A stretch of 58,566 nucleotides of DNA, taken from the IMG/VR virus record IMGVR_UViG_3300044648_000159, positions 1 to 58,566 of that record. One strand, given 5' to 3'. Shown in pieces: positions 9,131 through 17,766 of this stretch. The notes beneath the pieces were generated by a model. It saw only the letters and a list, made by a program, of their open reading frames with translations. It ran no database searches and was not told where the DNA came from. This DNA is from a virus (lineage: Duplodnaviria > Caudoviricetes). The position numbers were made by a program, and so were the translations under genes. Every line of letters starts with the position of its first letter. Position 1 is the first letter of the stretch.

Positions 9131-10051
9131 ATGAATGAGTTGGCTCTTTTCGCAGGCGCTGGTGGAGGCATTCTCGGAGGCGTCCTCCTTGGATGGCGAA
9201 CTGTCTGCGCAGTTGAACGTGATGCCTACTGCGCATCCGTTCTGGCGCAACGACAAAATGATGGACTCCTCCCGCCTTTCCCGATTTGGTCTGACGTTAC
9301 GTCTTTTGACGGCCGACCGTGGCGAGGCATTGTTGACGTCGTATCGGGCGGCTTTCCTTGCCAAGACATCAGCGTCGCAGGATCAGGAGACGGACTCAGC
9401 GGCGCCCGCAGCGGACTCTGGCGAGAGATGGCGCGGATCATTCGCGAGGTTCGACCGCACTACGTCTTCGTGGAGAACTCCCCAATGCTCGTTTCTCGAG
9501 GACTCGGACGAGTTCTTGGAGACTTGGCCGAGATGGGGTGCGATGCGGAATGGGGAGTGTTATCTGCGGCCGACGTTGGGGCCTACCACTTGCGAGAGAG
9601 GATCTGGATTCTTGCCGACGCCCGTCGCGGTGGACACGGGCAGCTATTTCAACCGTAGCGCAAGCGCAGGAGCTGCGAAGCGCCCGACACTTGGAGCAAT
9701 GGCGAAGTACGACCTATGGCCAACACCAACAGCAACGCTCGGAACGAACGGCGGACGAGTGACCCCAAGCAAAGCCAGGGAGGGCGGGACACTTATCGAA
9801 GCACTGAGTGCACGAATGTTTCCCACACCGACAGCGACAAACACCAAGGCGCATCACATGAGAGGCGCGGACAAGGGGAAGGATCGCGAGCCTCGCTCGT
9901 ACGGTGCCCATGGCCAGTTGAACCCAACGTGGGTCGAGTGGCTGATGGGGTGGCCTTTAGGGTGGACCGGATTACAGCCCTTGGAAATGGACAAGTTTCG
10001 CGAGTGGCAGCGACAGCATTCAGGCTGCTGCGAGCCAGACTCATCGCATAG
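9131..10051 (+). CDS. dcm: C5 cytosine methyltransferase main frame, interrupted by one in-frame TAG at 9656-9658
   Basis: Motif I LFAGAGG, IV GFPCQ, VI VENS, VIII RERIW in 9131-9658; the same frame continues to motif X-like RITALGNGQV. Confidence 0.8.
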
Positions 10052-10055
10052 TTGA
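9135..10055 (+). CDS. Overlapping alternative-frame methyltransferase subunit (motif IX-like)
   Basis: 306 codons open in the +1 frame; three xxPTP repeats; LNPTWVEWLMGWPLGWT resembles motif IX. Confidence 0.65.
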   Translation: MSWLFSQALVEAFSEASSLDGELSAQLNVMPTAHPFWRNDKMMDSSRLSRFGLTLRLLTADRGEALLTSYRAAFLAKTSASQDQETDSAAPAADSGERWRGSFARFDRTTSSWRTPQCSFLEDSDEFLETWPRWGAMRNGECYLRPTLGPTTCERGSGFLPTPVAVDTGSYFNRSASAGAAKRPTLGAMAKYDLWPTPTATLGTNGGRVTPSKAREGGTLIEALSARMFPTPTATNTKAHHMRGADKGKDREPRSYGAHGQLNPTWVEWLMGWPLGWTGLQPLEMDKFREWQRQHSGCCEPDSSHS

Positions 10056-10073
10056 TTCCTTGAGTAAGTAAAC

Positions 10074-10892
10074 ATGGCAGAACTAAGCAAAATCGAATGG
10101 ACAGATCACACGTTCAATCCATGGATTGGATGCACCAAGGTCAGTGTCGGGCCGAAAGGCGCCTGCGTGAATTGCTACGCCGAGGTCGCGACTCCTACGC
10201 GTGCGATGCATATCGGCTGGGGTCCTGGGAAGCCTCGCCACCGCACGAGTGCGTCAACGTGGGACATGCCACTGCGATACGAACGCAACGCCGAGGCATT
10301 CCTTGCCGCGCACGGCCGAAGGCAGCGCGTGTTCTGCGCTTCGCTCGCCGACGTGTTCGACAACGAGGTCGATCCGCAGTGGCGCACGGATCTGTTCCGA
10401 TTGATCCAGCAGACGCCGCACCTGGATTGGTTGCTGCTCACGAAACGCATCGGCAACGCCCGGCAAATGCTCAACGACACGATGGCCGCTCTGCATCACA
10501 GCAGCTGGGACGAATGGCCGTGGGCTCACGTTTGGCTCGGATCGACGATAGTCACCCAGGACGAGTTCGATCGCGACGTTGAGAAGCTGATAGAGACGCC
10601 GGCACGCGTGCGATTCCTTTCGTGTGAGCCATTGATGGAATCAATCGAGTTCCCTCTGCCGTGCCGTGGCTCGCTATTCTGGAGCAGCGTGCACTGGATC
10701 ATCGTAGGCGGCGAGAGCGGCAGGAACCCGCGACCGATGGCGCAGCGGTGGGCTGAACGCATCCAAGAGCAGTGTGCCAAGGCCGGCTGCGCGTTCTTCA
10801 TGAAGCAGGGATCGGACGCGAACTGGCCGGCCTACAAAGATTTCAGCCGCTTCGCTCCGCATCTGCAGGTGCGCGAGTGGCCTTCTCACTAA
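10074..10892 (+). CDS. DUF5131 (Gp37/Gp68) family radical-SAM-like protein
   Basis: SKIEWTDHTFNPWIGCTKVS..C.NCYA, RVFCASLAD, FLSCEPL, WIIVGGESG, FFMKQ. Confidence 0.9.
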   Translation: MAELSKIEWTDHTFNPWIGCTKVSVGPKGACVNCYAEVATPTRAMHIGWGPGKPRHRTSASTWDMPLRYERNAEAFLAAHGRRQRVFCASLADVFDNEVDPQWRTDLFRLIQQTPHLDWLLLTKRIGNARQMLNDTMAALHHSSWDEWPWAHVWLGSTIVTQDEFDRDVEKLIETPARVRFLSCEPLMESIEFPLPCRGSLFWSSVHWIIVGGESGRNPRPMAQRWAERIQEQCAKAGCAFFMKQGSDANWPAYKDFSRFAPHLQVREWPSH

Positions 10893-10903
10893 TGGAGACT
10901 TGA

Positions 10904-11239
10904 GTGGGCTACGCAACCGAAGAACAGGCCACAGCGATCATCAAGGCGCTCGATGCGGATAAGGCTAAGCGCATCGACGAGATGCCTGACATAGACGCCG
11001 CGCTCCGTGTGTTTGCGCGCGCGTACCGCAGGCTGATAGAGCTTGGGTTTAGAGAAATCATCTACCACCCAAAGGATGGCAGCACGTTCGAGGTAATCGA
11101 GCCAGGAAGTACCGGAATCTTTCCTTGTGAATTCTGGGAGTCTCCAACGCGCGGCAGCTTCTGGATTCAGCAGGACGGCGGCACTCCTTCGCATCCAGTG
11201 CTATGGCGCCCATCGCAGGGCAAGGAAGTGAAGCCGTGA
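10904..11239 (+). CDS. Hypothetical protein
   Basis: 111 aa; GGAG RBS; PKDGS motif seen in DUF551-like proteins. Confidence 0.6.
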   Translation: MGYATEEQATAIIKALDADKAKRIDEMPDIDAALRVFARAYRRLIELGFREIIYHPKDGSTFEVIEPGSTGIFPCEFWESPTRGSFWIQQDGGTPSHPVLWRPSQGKEVKP

Positions 11240-11337
11240 CCGACTTTCAAGTGACGATGATCGTTTTAGGCGTGGTGGCGATCTTTGCATACCTGCCCGA
11301 CATCATCCGCGCGTGGCGCCACAAAGACTCGGACTGA

Positions 11338-11577
11338 GTGACGGAGAAGACTATGTCAACTGGTGATCCACCGATGATGAGCATTCCCAATACTGCCGGC
11401 ACTAGTCAGTGCCCGTACTGCCATCAATGGTTCATGGGCGGCCACTACTGCGGAGTTCTCCAAGGTCAGGGGAACGGCACGTGGACCCCGTCGCCTATGA
11501 CGGCCGACGAGTTCAGGAATATCCTGCGGGAAGAACTCGAATGGCATCGCAGTGAGATGGCGAAAGACCAGAGATGA
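11338..11577 (+). CDS. Hypothetical protein
   Basis: CPYC...HYC; operon position. Confidence 0.5.
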   Translation: MTEKTMSTGDPPMMSIPNTAGTSQCPYCHQWFMGGHYCGVLQGQGNGTWTPSPMTADEFRNILREELEWHRSEMAKDQR

Positions 11578-11596
11578 ATTGCGAGCCTGAGCAGTC

Positions 11597-11854
11597 ATGA
11601 AGCGCAAACGCAAGCAGAAACGAAAGCAGTTCGAGCACCAGAAGGGCCTGTGCTGCTGGTGTGTCGAGCCGATGATCTGGGGTAATGGATGTCACAACCA
11701 GAAGCTGTCCCCGACATGGGAGCACCTCGTTCCCAGGTCAATGGGCGGCCCGAACGCTTTGACCAACCTCGTACTGGCGCATCGAGCCTGTAACAGTGAC
11801 CGCGGGTTGCGCACTTGGCCGTCCGAGTTCCGGCCCTACTCAACAGCGACCTAG
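11597..11854 (+). CDS. HNH endonuclease
   Basis: CCWC...TWEHLVPRSMGGPNALTNLVLAHRACN. Confidence 0.85.
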   Translation: MKRKRKQKRKQFEHQKGLCCWCVEPMIWGNGCHNQKLSPTWEHLVPRSMGGPNALTNLVLAHRACNSDRGLRTWPSEFRPYSTAT

Positions 11855-11866
11855 GCTTGTGAGCAC

Positions 11867-12187
11867 ATGAACACCTACGACTTACGCGAGGCCGCAAGCA
11901 TCGCCAAGGTGCATTTCCAAACCTTGCGGCAAATGGCGGCCAGCAAAAAGCCGGATAGACCGCCAGGCGCTAAGATCGGCCGCGCCTGGGTATTCCCCTG
12001 TCATTTGTTTGACCGATGGATTGAAGAACAATGCCTCTCTACAAAAGACCCGGGTCCGATATCTGGTGGTGCCGCGGGTCAGTCGCTCGCAAACCGTATC
12101 GCAAAACGACGGGAACAGTTGATCGAGAAGAAGCGGAAGAGTTTGAAGAGCGCGAGCGTCAACGACTCTGGAGACTGCACAAGCTAG
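11867..12187 (+). CDS. xis: Excisionase-like HTH protein
   Basis: YDLREAASIAKVH...PGAKIGRAWVF HTH_17 pattern; overlaps the start of int. Confidence 0.75.
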   Translation: MNTYDLREAASIAKVHFQTLRQMAASKKPDRPPGAKIGRAWVFPCHLFDRWIEEQCLSTKDPGPISGGAAGQSLANRIAKRREQLIEKKRKSLKSASVNDSGDCTS

Positions 12188-13071
12188 GGGATAAATCGTT
12201 CGTCTTGTGGCGAGACGTTGCTGAGCGCTGGATGAAGACGACGACGAAGCGCTCCCGTGACGTCGACACAATGATCCTCAAATGGCTGGAACCGTATATC
12301 GGTGACGAGCCGATCAAGGCTATCGATCGCGACGCGCTTGATGAGCTACGCCAGGCTGCGCTCGGGGAAGGCTGGGCAGAATCTTCCGTTGACCGCTATA
12401 TGTGCCTCGTGCGTTCCATCCTGAAAGCCTGTGTTGATGATTGGGGATTGTTGGACAAAATGCCCAAGGTGCCCATGTTCAACCCCGAGAAGACCGAACC
12501 GCGGTGGCTGACGAAGGACGAGTGGAAGCGGCTCCATGCCGAGCTCCCCGAGCACTTGCAGTTTGCCGCGCACTTTGCGGTGCTGACTGGTCTGCGCATG
12601 CGCGCCATGCTGGGGCTGACCTGGAATCGCGTCGACCTCAGTGCGTCCCGCCTGTGGGTGCCCGGCCGGCAGCAGAAGGGTAAGCGGACGCTGGGCATCC
12701 CGATCTCTGCCGAGGCGATGCGCGTGCTAAAGAAGCTGCGCAAGCTCAATCCCGAAGGGGATCACGTTTTCCAATGGCAGGGGCAGCCGATCAACGACGT
12801 CAACGGCAAGTCGTACCAGGAGGCGCTACGGCGCGCGGGAATCGAGGGAGCGAACTGGCACACCCTGCGCCACACGTTCGCTTCGTGGGCCGTCCAGGCG
12901 GGCGTGACGCTGCAAGAATTGATGGACCTTGGGGGCTGGCGGGACATCCGATCGGTGCTGGTTTACGCCCACCTTGCGCCCGACCACCTTGCTCAGGCAG
13001 CATCAAAGATCAGTACAAAAAAGGCACAGTCACGGAAAGCGGCAAAACACCAAGAGAGCGAAAATGCTTAA
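12031..13071 (+). CDS. int: Phage integrase (tyrosine recombinase)
   Basis: TGLR, HTLRHTFASW, LGGW and YAH motifs; directly upstream of attP. Confidence 0.93.
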   Translation: MPLYKRPGSDIWWCRGSVARKPYRKTTGTVDREEAEEFEERERQRLWRLHKLGDKSFVLWRDVAERWMKTTTKRSRDVDTMILKWLEPYIGDEPIKAIDRDALDELRQAALGEGWAESSVDRYMCLVRSILKACVDDWGLLDKMPKVPMFNPEKTEPRWLTKDEWKRLHAELPEHLQFAAHFAVLTGLRMRAMLGLTWNRVDLSASRLWVPGRQQKGKRTLGIPISAEAMRVLKKLRKLNPEGDHVFQWQGQPINDVNGKSYQEALRRAGIEGANWHTLRHTFASWAVQAGVTLQELMDLGGWRDIRSVLVYAHLAPDHLAQAASKISTKKAQSRKAAKHQESENA

Positions 13072-13086
13072 ATTACTGGAGAGAAG

Positions 13087-13137
13087 TGGTGGACCCGAGG
13101 AGGATCGAACTCCTGACCTCCTCATTGCGAACGAGGC
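13087..13137 (-). other. attP core: 3' half of tRNA-Ala(CGC)
   Basis: Minus strand GCCTCG-TT-CGC-AA-TGAGG-AGGTC-AGGAG-TTCGATC-CTCCT-CGGGTCC-ACCA: anticodon arm, T arm and CCA; 5' half absent. Confidence 0.9.
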
Positions 13138-13149
13138 CACAGTTAGCAA

Positions 13150-13162
13150 TATCAACGAGTTA
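13150..13162 (+). promoter_or_regulatory. IHF binding site in attP
   Basis: TATCAACGAGTTA matches WATCAANNNNTTR. Confidence 0.7.
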
Positions 13163-13332
13163 GACTGCTTCTGCGGAGCAATAAATCGCGGGAAAACGGG
13201 GGGTGAATGTACAAATAGAGCACAGCGAAATTGTCACCCCTTCCCCGTAGTCCGTTCATTTGCTGCAAACCACATGCGGCCGCCAGCCTATAGTCGGCCC
13301 GCGGGGGAAACAATTACAAACAGGGGGCCAGG

Positions 13333-13524
13333 ATGAGCACTCCAGGCGAATGGGTCGCGTACACGCTGACGGCGGTATCGATATCAACGGTCGTCGCGGC
13401 TGTGGTCTATGCATGGGCCCGCGATCCTGACAAGGACCAGTATTGCAGCCGCTGCCAGGACGTCACGCCGTGGCATCCTAAGAGGGGATGCACTGTGTGC
13501 CACAGCACGGATTCGATTTTGTGA
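13333..13524 (+). CDS. Small TM plus zinc-finger protein
   Basis: N-terminal hydrophobic helix, CSRC...CTVC. Confidence 0.5.
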   Translation: MSTPGEWVAYTLTAVSISTVVAAVVYAWARDPDKDQYCSRCQDVTPWHPKRGCTVCHSTDSIL

Positions 13525-13558
13525 GTATCGGACGATTAAAATTCAAAAGAGGTGTCGA

Positions 13559-13825
13559 ATGAATAACTATGTATTCGGGTTCTTCTTGGCTGTCATTTCC
13601 GCATCTACGGCGCTTGCTGAGGACTTGGGGCCGTCCCGCGCTGACTGCGTGGCGTTCATCTACAAGTACCAAGACTGCATGGAAAACCCCAGGTGCTTTC
13701 TTACGCAAGAGTACTTGGACAAAAGGCATGCATGCGACTCCGCTTACGACCTGGTAGACGAGGCACTGCGCGCCATCGATATCGCCGAAGAGAAGTACGG
13801 GAAAAAGCCAGATCGTCTGATCTGA
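13559..13825 (+). CDS. Secreted hypothetical protein (moron)
   Basis: GAGG RBS; signal peptide ending ALA-E; 4 Cys. Confidence 0.6.
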   Translation: MNNYVFGFFLAVISASTALAEDLGPSRADCVAFIYKYQDCMENPRCFLTQEYLDKRHACDSAYDLVDEALRAIDIAEEKYGKKPDRLI

Positions 13826-13837
13826 ACGGAGCTGACG

Positions 13838-14164
13838 ATGCTTGAGCAATACACTCAGCCAGCCATGGCCGATCTGGTGAGCAAGAAGGAAGGCATCATC
13901 AAGGAAGTGCTCGACGCGTGCATCCCTGGCTGGACGATGGAAAGCATCCCGACTCGTTGCAGGTGGGTTCGCTATGCCGGCAGTCCTGTTGAAACCCTGC
14001 AGGTCGACGGCGAGGATGTGCTTGAGGTGCATCCGCTCCAGGTCTCACAGGCCGAGCGGGACGGCGAGCAGTTCGTGATGCGCGTCAGCCAATCGTATCG
14101 AAAGCTCGGCAGAGCAGTTCGTCAGGAGGGGGCCGCTCCCAACACACAATCTGAACAGAGATAA
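13838..14164 (+). CDS. Hypothetical protein
   Basis: 108 aa; GGAG RBS. Confidence 0.6.
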   Translation: MLEQYTQPAMADLVSKKEGIIKEVLDACIPGWTMESIPTRCRWVRYAGSPVETLQVDGEDVLEVHPLQVSQAERDGEQFVMRVSQSYRKLGRAVRQEGAAPNTQSEQR

Positions 14165-14218
14165 GACGCAACGCACCGCCGATCAAAGGGTAGGCAAATA
14201 CCACAATAAGGGCTTTAC

Positions 14219-14500
14219 ATGGGGAGCAGCTGGGGTGAAGAAAAGCGGGAACCTTATTGGAAGTTGTTGCTCCACCTAGTTGGCCATCTCATCGGAACCG
14301 CGCTGATTTTCGTGACGTTTTTCACAATAGCGTGGTCTCTTTCAGCTCTGGTTGGCTATTTGCACGGGATACACGCACTCCCGGATGCAATTTTTCGATT
14401 AGTCTCCAGAATTGAGGTGGTTATTGTGTATGCTGATGCCGCGCTCTGCGGGACTGTGCTACTTGCATGCACATGGCGCTTTATCCGGGGGTTATTATGA
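14219..14500 (+). CDS. Two-TM membrane protein
   Basis: Two long hydrophobic segments. Confidence 0.65.
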   Translation: MGSSWGEEKREPYWKLLLHLVGHLIGTALIFVTFFTIAWSLSALVGYLHGIHALPDAIFRLVSRIEVVIVYADAALCGTVLLACTWRFIRGLL

Positions 14501-14679
14501 ACGTCGTAAAGCCGATCGCCGAGGGCATCAAAGAGAGCTTCATGCTCGCCGCAAGTATCGTGGTGGCTGTCGTCACGGTAGTCTCTTCGTTCGCGCATCA
14601 CTCGGTGACCTTCAAGGGAGCCAACCGATGCGCATCACGGGACAGCGCTTCCATCGAGCCACGGACGAAGAACGCGTAA
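14497..14679 (+). CDS. Small membrane protein
   Basis: MNVVKPIAEG...MLAASIVVAVVTVV; ATGA overlap. Confidence 0.5.
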   Translation: MNVVKPIAEGIKESFMLAASIVVAVVTVVSSFAHHSVTFKGANRCASRDSASIEPRTKNA

Positions 14680-14843
14680 GCCATCGCCGGCATGCCCTGC
14701 CCTATCTGCCGCGGCGAGCGCTGGGTTTGTGATGCCCACCAGCTCACACGGTGGGGCGAGTGCTGCGGTGAGCCGGGCGTCCCCTGCCGCTGTAATCCGG
14801 CCTCCGCATATGCCGCCCGGGTTCCGGGAGATATGCTCGACCA

Positions 14844-15020
14844 ATGACGAAGTGCATCCAGAAGCAACTGAAGTTCCATACTCTCGCGCGTGAGGCAGCG
14901 CTACGGGGACTGAAGGCCGCTGACGAGGGCAAGCGCAAGGAAGCCATCGCCGCTCAAGTCGAAGCCGAACGCTACGTGCGCATGTACCGGAAATACGGCG
15001 GGACTCGACCGATCACCTAG
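14844..15020 (+). CDS. Hypothetical protein (58 aa)
   Basis: Hand-translated MTKCIQKQLKFHTLAREAALRG...; stop overlaps the convergent gene. Confidence 0.45.
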   Translation: MTKCIQKQLKFHTLAREAALRGLKAADEGKRKEAIAAQVEAERYVRMYRKYGGTRPIT

Positions 15021-15301
15021 TCTTCCTCCCACACCGGGAATCCACGCTCTCTCAACATCTGGTCAGTCGTCGTCGAGTTGAGCCAGAGCGTCATTACGGT
15101 TTTCTTCGTGCTCCCGCATTCACCGCAGGGCAGGCGCTCAAGCAGGTCACCGACCTGTGTCTCCGCGGGATAGTCGGCCGCGATGCGCGTGAGGTTCACC
15201 CGCTCTTTGAATCCGCACGCCTGGCAGTAGTAGCAGTACGCGAGCTGGCCCGCCGCCTCGCTCAGCGTAAGCGCTGCGCCGCTACCGGGGAAGTAGCTCA
15301 T
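15017..15301 (-). CDS. Zinc-ribbon protein
   Basis: CQAC...LPCGECGS; coupled to the HTH gene. Confidence 0.7.
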   Translation of the reverse strand: MSYFPGSGAALTLSEAAGQLAYCYYCQACGFKERVNLTRIAADYPAETQVGDLLERLPCGECGSTKKTVMTLWLNSTTTDQMLRERGFPVWEED

Positions 15302-15528
15302 TTTAACAGCTTGCCGAAGGTCTTTCGCGGATCCAATCCTAGTGCCTCGGCGTACTCGATGAACTCCAGCACGTCGAGCATGACCGTGCCAGTCTCAATC
15401 TGCGACACGAATAGTCGATTACGTTTGAGCCTCTTGCAGAGCTGTGCCTGAGTAAGACCAGCCGCAAGGCGTGCTTCTCTCAAAGTCGTTCTCAGCTTGT
15501 TGTGGCGCTGGCTGTAGCGGTGCTTCAA
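15298..15528 (-). CDS. XRE-family HTH regulator
   Basis: LREARLAAGLTQAQL...FVSQIETG...LDVLEF. Confidence 0.85.
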   Translation of the reverse strand: MKHRYSQRHNKLRTTLREARLAAGLTQAQLCKRLKRNRLFVSQIETGTVMLDVLEFIEYAEALGLDPRKTFGKLLK

Positions 15529-15577
15529 TCCGTTGCGGTCCTGGCAAAAGACCGCTCGCTATTAACCATCAGATACG

Positions 15578-15600
15578 TGATTCTCATAATCTGAGAATCA
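15578..15600. promoter_or_regulatory. Palindromic operator candidate
   Basis: TGATTCTCA-taatc-TGAGAATCA, a perfect 9-bp inverted repeat between divergent genes. Confidence 0.65.
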
Positions 15601-15648
15601 TTCACCTGTGGCACACTACCCCGTACGAGCTACGGAGAAAGCAGCCTT

Positions 15649-16029
15649 ATGACGCGAAGCAGCATATCGGGTCAGGATGACGGGAATCGTGACGCCAGTC
15701 TCACGGAGGAGGTAAGAGACGAGGTTGTCCGCCGGCTACAGCGGTCGCTGGAGATGGACGGCGATGCGCCGATTGATCTGGCGCCAATCCATGAAGCAGC
15801 GGCCGACGCACCACCGCTGAGCGAGAAAAAGATTGCGCGAGCTCGGCGCTATGCCGATTCACTCGCCGAACCGCAACGCACGATGTTCGCTCAATACCTC
15901 GACGGCATGACCGCAGCCCAGATTGCGGAGTCAATGAGCCTAAAGCCGAAAGCCGTGGCTAAGTCCCTAGCGAAAGCCTACGTATCCTTGAACGCCATCC
16001 TCAATCACATGAGCAATGGTGGTGACTAG
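15649..16029 (+). CDS. Sigma70 region 4 / ECF-like HTH protein
   Basis: LAEPQRTMF..YLDGMTAAQIAESMSL..KAVAKSLAKA. Confidence 0.65.
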   Translation: MTRSSISGQDDGNRDASLTEEVRDEVVRRLQRSLEMDGDAPIDLAPIHEAAADAPPLSEKKIARARRYADSLAEPQRTMFAQYLDGMTAAQIAESMSLKPKAVAKSLAKAYVSLNAILNHMSNGGD

Positions 16030-16196
16030 CCCTGTAGTTTAGCCAAGGCCACATCCGCTTTGACGCCTGATGCGTCGACTTCTGCATCCGTCACATCCCG
16101 ACCTTCGGCATTGGCGACGGCGAATAGCTGGGCGATTTCCTGAGCCTTGGTCGCGTACTGCAAAAGCAGTTGAGCGAGGATGAGGGCGTTGCTCAT
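16026..16196 (-). CDS. Small lysis-region protein (56 aa)
   Basis: Hand-translated MSNALILAQLLLQYATKAQEIAQLF...; GGAGG RBS; ATGA overlap. Confidence 0.6.
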   Translation of the reverse strand: MSNALILAQLLLQYATKAQEIAQLFAVANAEGRDVTDAEVDASGVKADVALAKLQG

Positions 16197-16522
16197 TGCT
16201 GGGCCTCCAAACGGGTTTGCACTGCCGTCAGCGCTACGATGATGGTGTTGAGTCGGTTCTCGGCCGCCAGCGGATCAGTCGCATGCAGTTGGCGGACGAT
16301 CTCAATCGAAGCTCGAGCCTGCGTCCCTTGGTTGTAAACGTCAGTCCTTGTGTCATCCGAGATCTTCCCGGCGGCGTGAAGTGATGCGGCGGTCGTAGCG
16401 ATCGATTCGACTATGCTATTGGCGACGACGACCTGCTTGTTGAACGTGTCGGCCTTGGGCACGCCGAGAGCGGCGCACGCGGCGAGCATCAGGATGAGAG
16501 GGAGAAATAGAACTTTACGCAC
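16193..16522 (-). CDS. Lipoprotein (possible spanin component)
   Basis: GTG start, MRKVLFLPLILMLAAC lipobox; downstream of endolysin. Confidence 0.65.
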   Translation of the reverse strand: MRKVLFLPLILMLAACAALGVPKADTFNKQVVVANSIVESIATTAASLHAAGKISDDTRTDVYNQGTQARASIEIVRQLHATDPLAAENRLNTIIVALTAVQTRLEAQQ

Positions 16523-16703
16523 TGGTAGCTCCGTTTGGGATGAAGTATTGAACGCCGAACACGAACACCGTGTTGATCGCCAATGCGATCTCTGCTGGGA
16601 CACTGATTCCGGTCCCCTGCTCGAGCGCCCACACGGCGATGGTGCTGACTGCGCCGGCAAACCCACCGGCTACGATCTTTCGTTGGGGAGTGCTTGGATT
16701 CAT
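16515..16703 (-). CDS. Holin-like two-TM protein
   Basis: MNPSTPQRKIVAGGFAGAVSTIAVW...VFVFGVQYFIP. Confidence 0.65.
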   Translation of the reverse strand: MNPSTPQRKIVAGGFAGAVSTIAVWALEQGTGISVPAEIALAINTVFVFGVQYFIPNGATSA

Positions 16704-16717
16704 AGGAACACCAATTG

Positions 16718-17188
16718 CTAGATGAAAATGAGCTGGTAATGCGGGCCGTCTAGGAAGTCCGGGCCGGGGTGGCGCTTTGCGTATTCGCCGACGTCGCGCT
16801 TGATGGTCTCTGGCGTTTCGCCGAGCTCGCTCATCATGCGATCCCATACGCCGCCCCAGATCAATTCTGTTTCCAGTTCGATAGCGGCCTTACGCACCGC
16901 CCACGCAATCGGGTAGATCGCCGGCCATTCCCAGCGCAGCTGCCCATCGATGTATGGAACCAAGTCGACCGCATGCCCGTAGCCGTCTGGCTGCACTAGG
17001 TGCTTGCTGTTGAGCGTTCGCGAGGCACCCGAGAGAACGTAAGCCTTCTGGCGCTCAAGCGTTCTAACGCCTTCGTGGACACCGAAGTCTACGGAGGTGT
17101 ATCTGATGGCGCGTTCAACGATAGATGCGAGATTTGGGTGGACACCCGAGAGATTGGCGCGTGATTTAGCGCCTAGGATAAAAGTCAT
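16718..17188 (-). CDS. Endolysin, peptidase M15 (L-Ala-D-Glu peptidase-like)
   Basis: LSGVHPNL, EGVRTLERQ, SKHL..GHAVDL, WGGVW, DGPHYQL. Confidence 0.92.
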   Translation of the reverse strand: MTFILGAKSRANLSGVHPNLASIVERAIRYTSVDFGVHEGVRTLERQKAYVLSGASRTLNSKHLVQPDGYGHAVDLVPYIDGQLRWEWPAIYPIAWAVRKAAIELETELIWGGVWDRMMSELGETPETIKRDVGEYAKRHPGPDFLDGPHYQLIFI

Positions 17189-17254
17189 TGTGGTTGCTTA
17201 TGCCTCCAGCCATGAATGCAGATCGTCGCGAACAGCGCTACAAGAAATGCAAGC

Positions 17255-17569
17255 TCAGCGATCACGATCGGTGAATTGCTTCACTATGTTGACGTACCAA
17301 TTGCCGAGCGTCGTAGAGATCTCGCTACGCAGGTCGTGCCAGCGCTCTCGAATGCTGATGACTTCACGCTCAAGATTGTCGACCTTGGTCTCCACGGCCC
17401 GGAGTCGCTCGTGTGCAGAAACATCATCCCTAACATGATCCGCTAGCGCCCTTTCGTTTCGCTCAGCCCGTGCGTCCTGTTTGTCGTCACGGCTCTGGCC
17501 GGCCCAGTAGATGATTCCCACTAGGCCGGCGGCGATCGTGATCGCTATCGCCCAGACCCACGGTTCCAC
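17255..17569 (-). CDS. Single-TM coiled-coil protein
   Basis: N-terminal TM followed by a heptad-rich segment. Confidence 0.65.
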   Translation of the reverse strand: MEPWVWAIAITIAAGLVGIIYWAGQSRDDKQDARAERNERALADHVRDDVSAHERLRAVETKVDNLEREVISIRERWHDLRSEISTTLGNWYVNIVKQFTDRDR

Positions 17570-17572
17570 GTG

Positions 17573-17758
17573 TCAATCCCCCTCGTGATCGGCACCCTCA
17601 AGGCGCCTGTACGCCTTGCGGACCAGCTCGCCAACCTGAGCTGGTGTTGTCCCGTGCGGTATGGGCATCTCGTAGCTGTACGAAAGTTCCGGTTCGCGCG
17701 GTGTCGCCGCCTCCGTGAATGGACGCGCTCGACTGATGATGATGGTCACATGCGACAT
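17573..17758 (-). CDS. Hypothetical protein
   Basis: 61 aa; AGGAG RBS. Confidence 0.5.
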   Translation of the reverse strand: MSHVTIIISRARPFTEAATPREPELSYSYEMPIPHGTTPAQVGELVRKAYRRLEGADHEGD

Positions 17759-17766
17759 AACGACTC

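Noticed and set aside
13087-13137. Functional tRNA gene
   Set aside because: The D arm and 5' acceptor strand are missing; it fits an attP core
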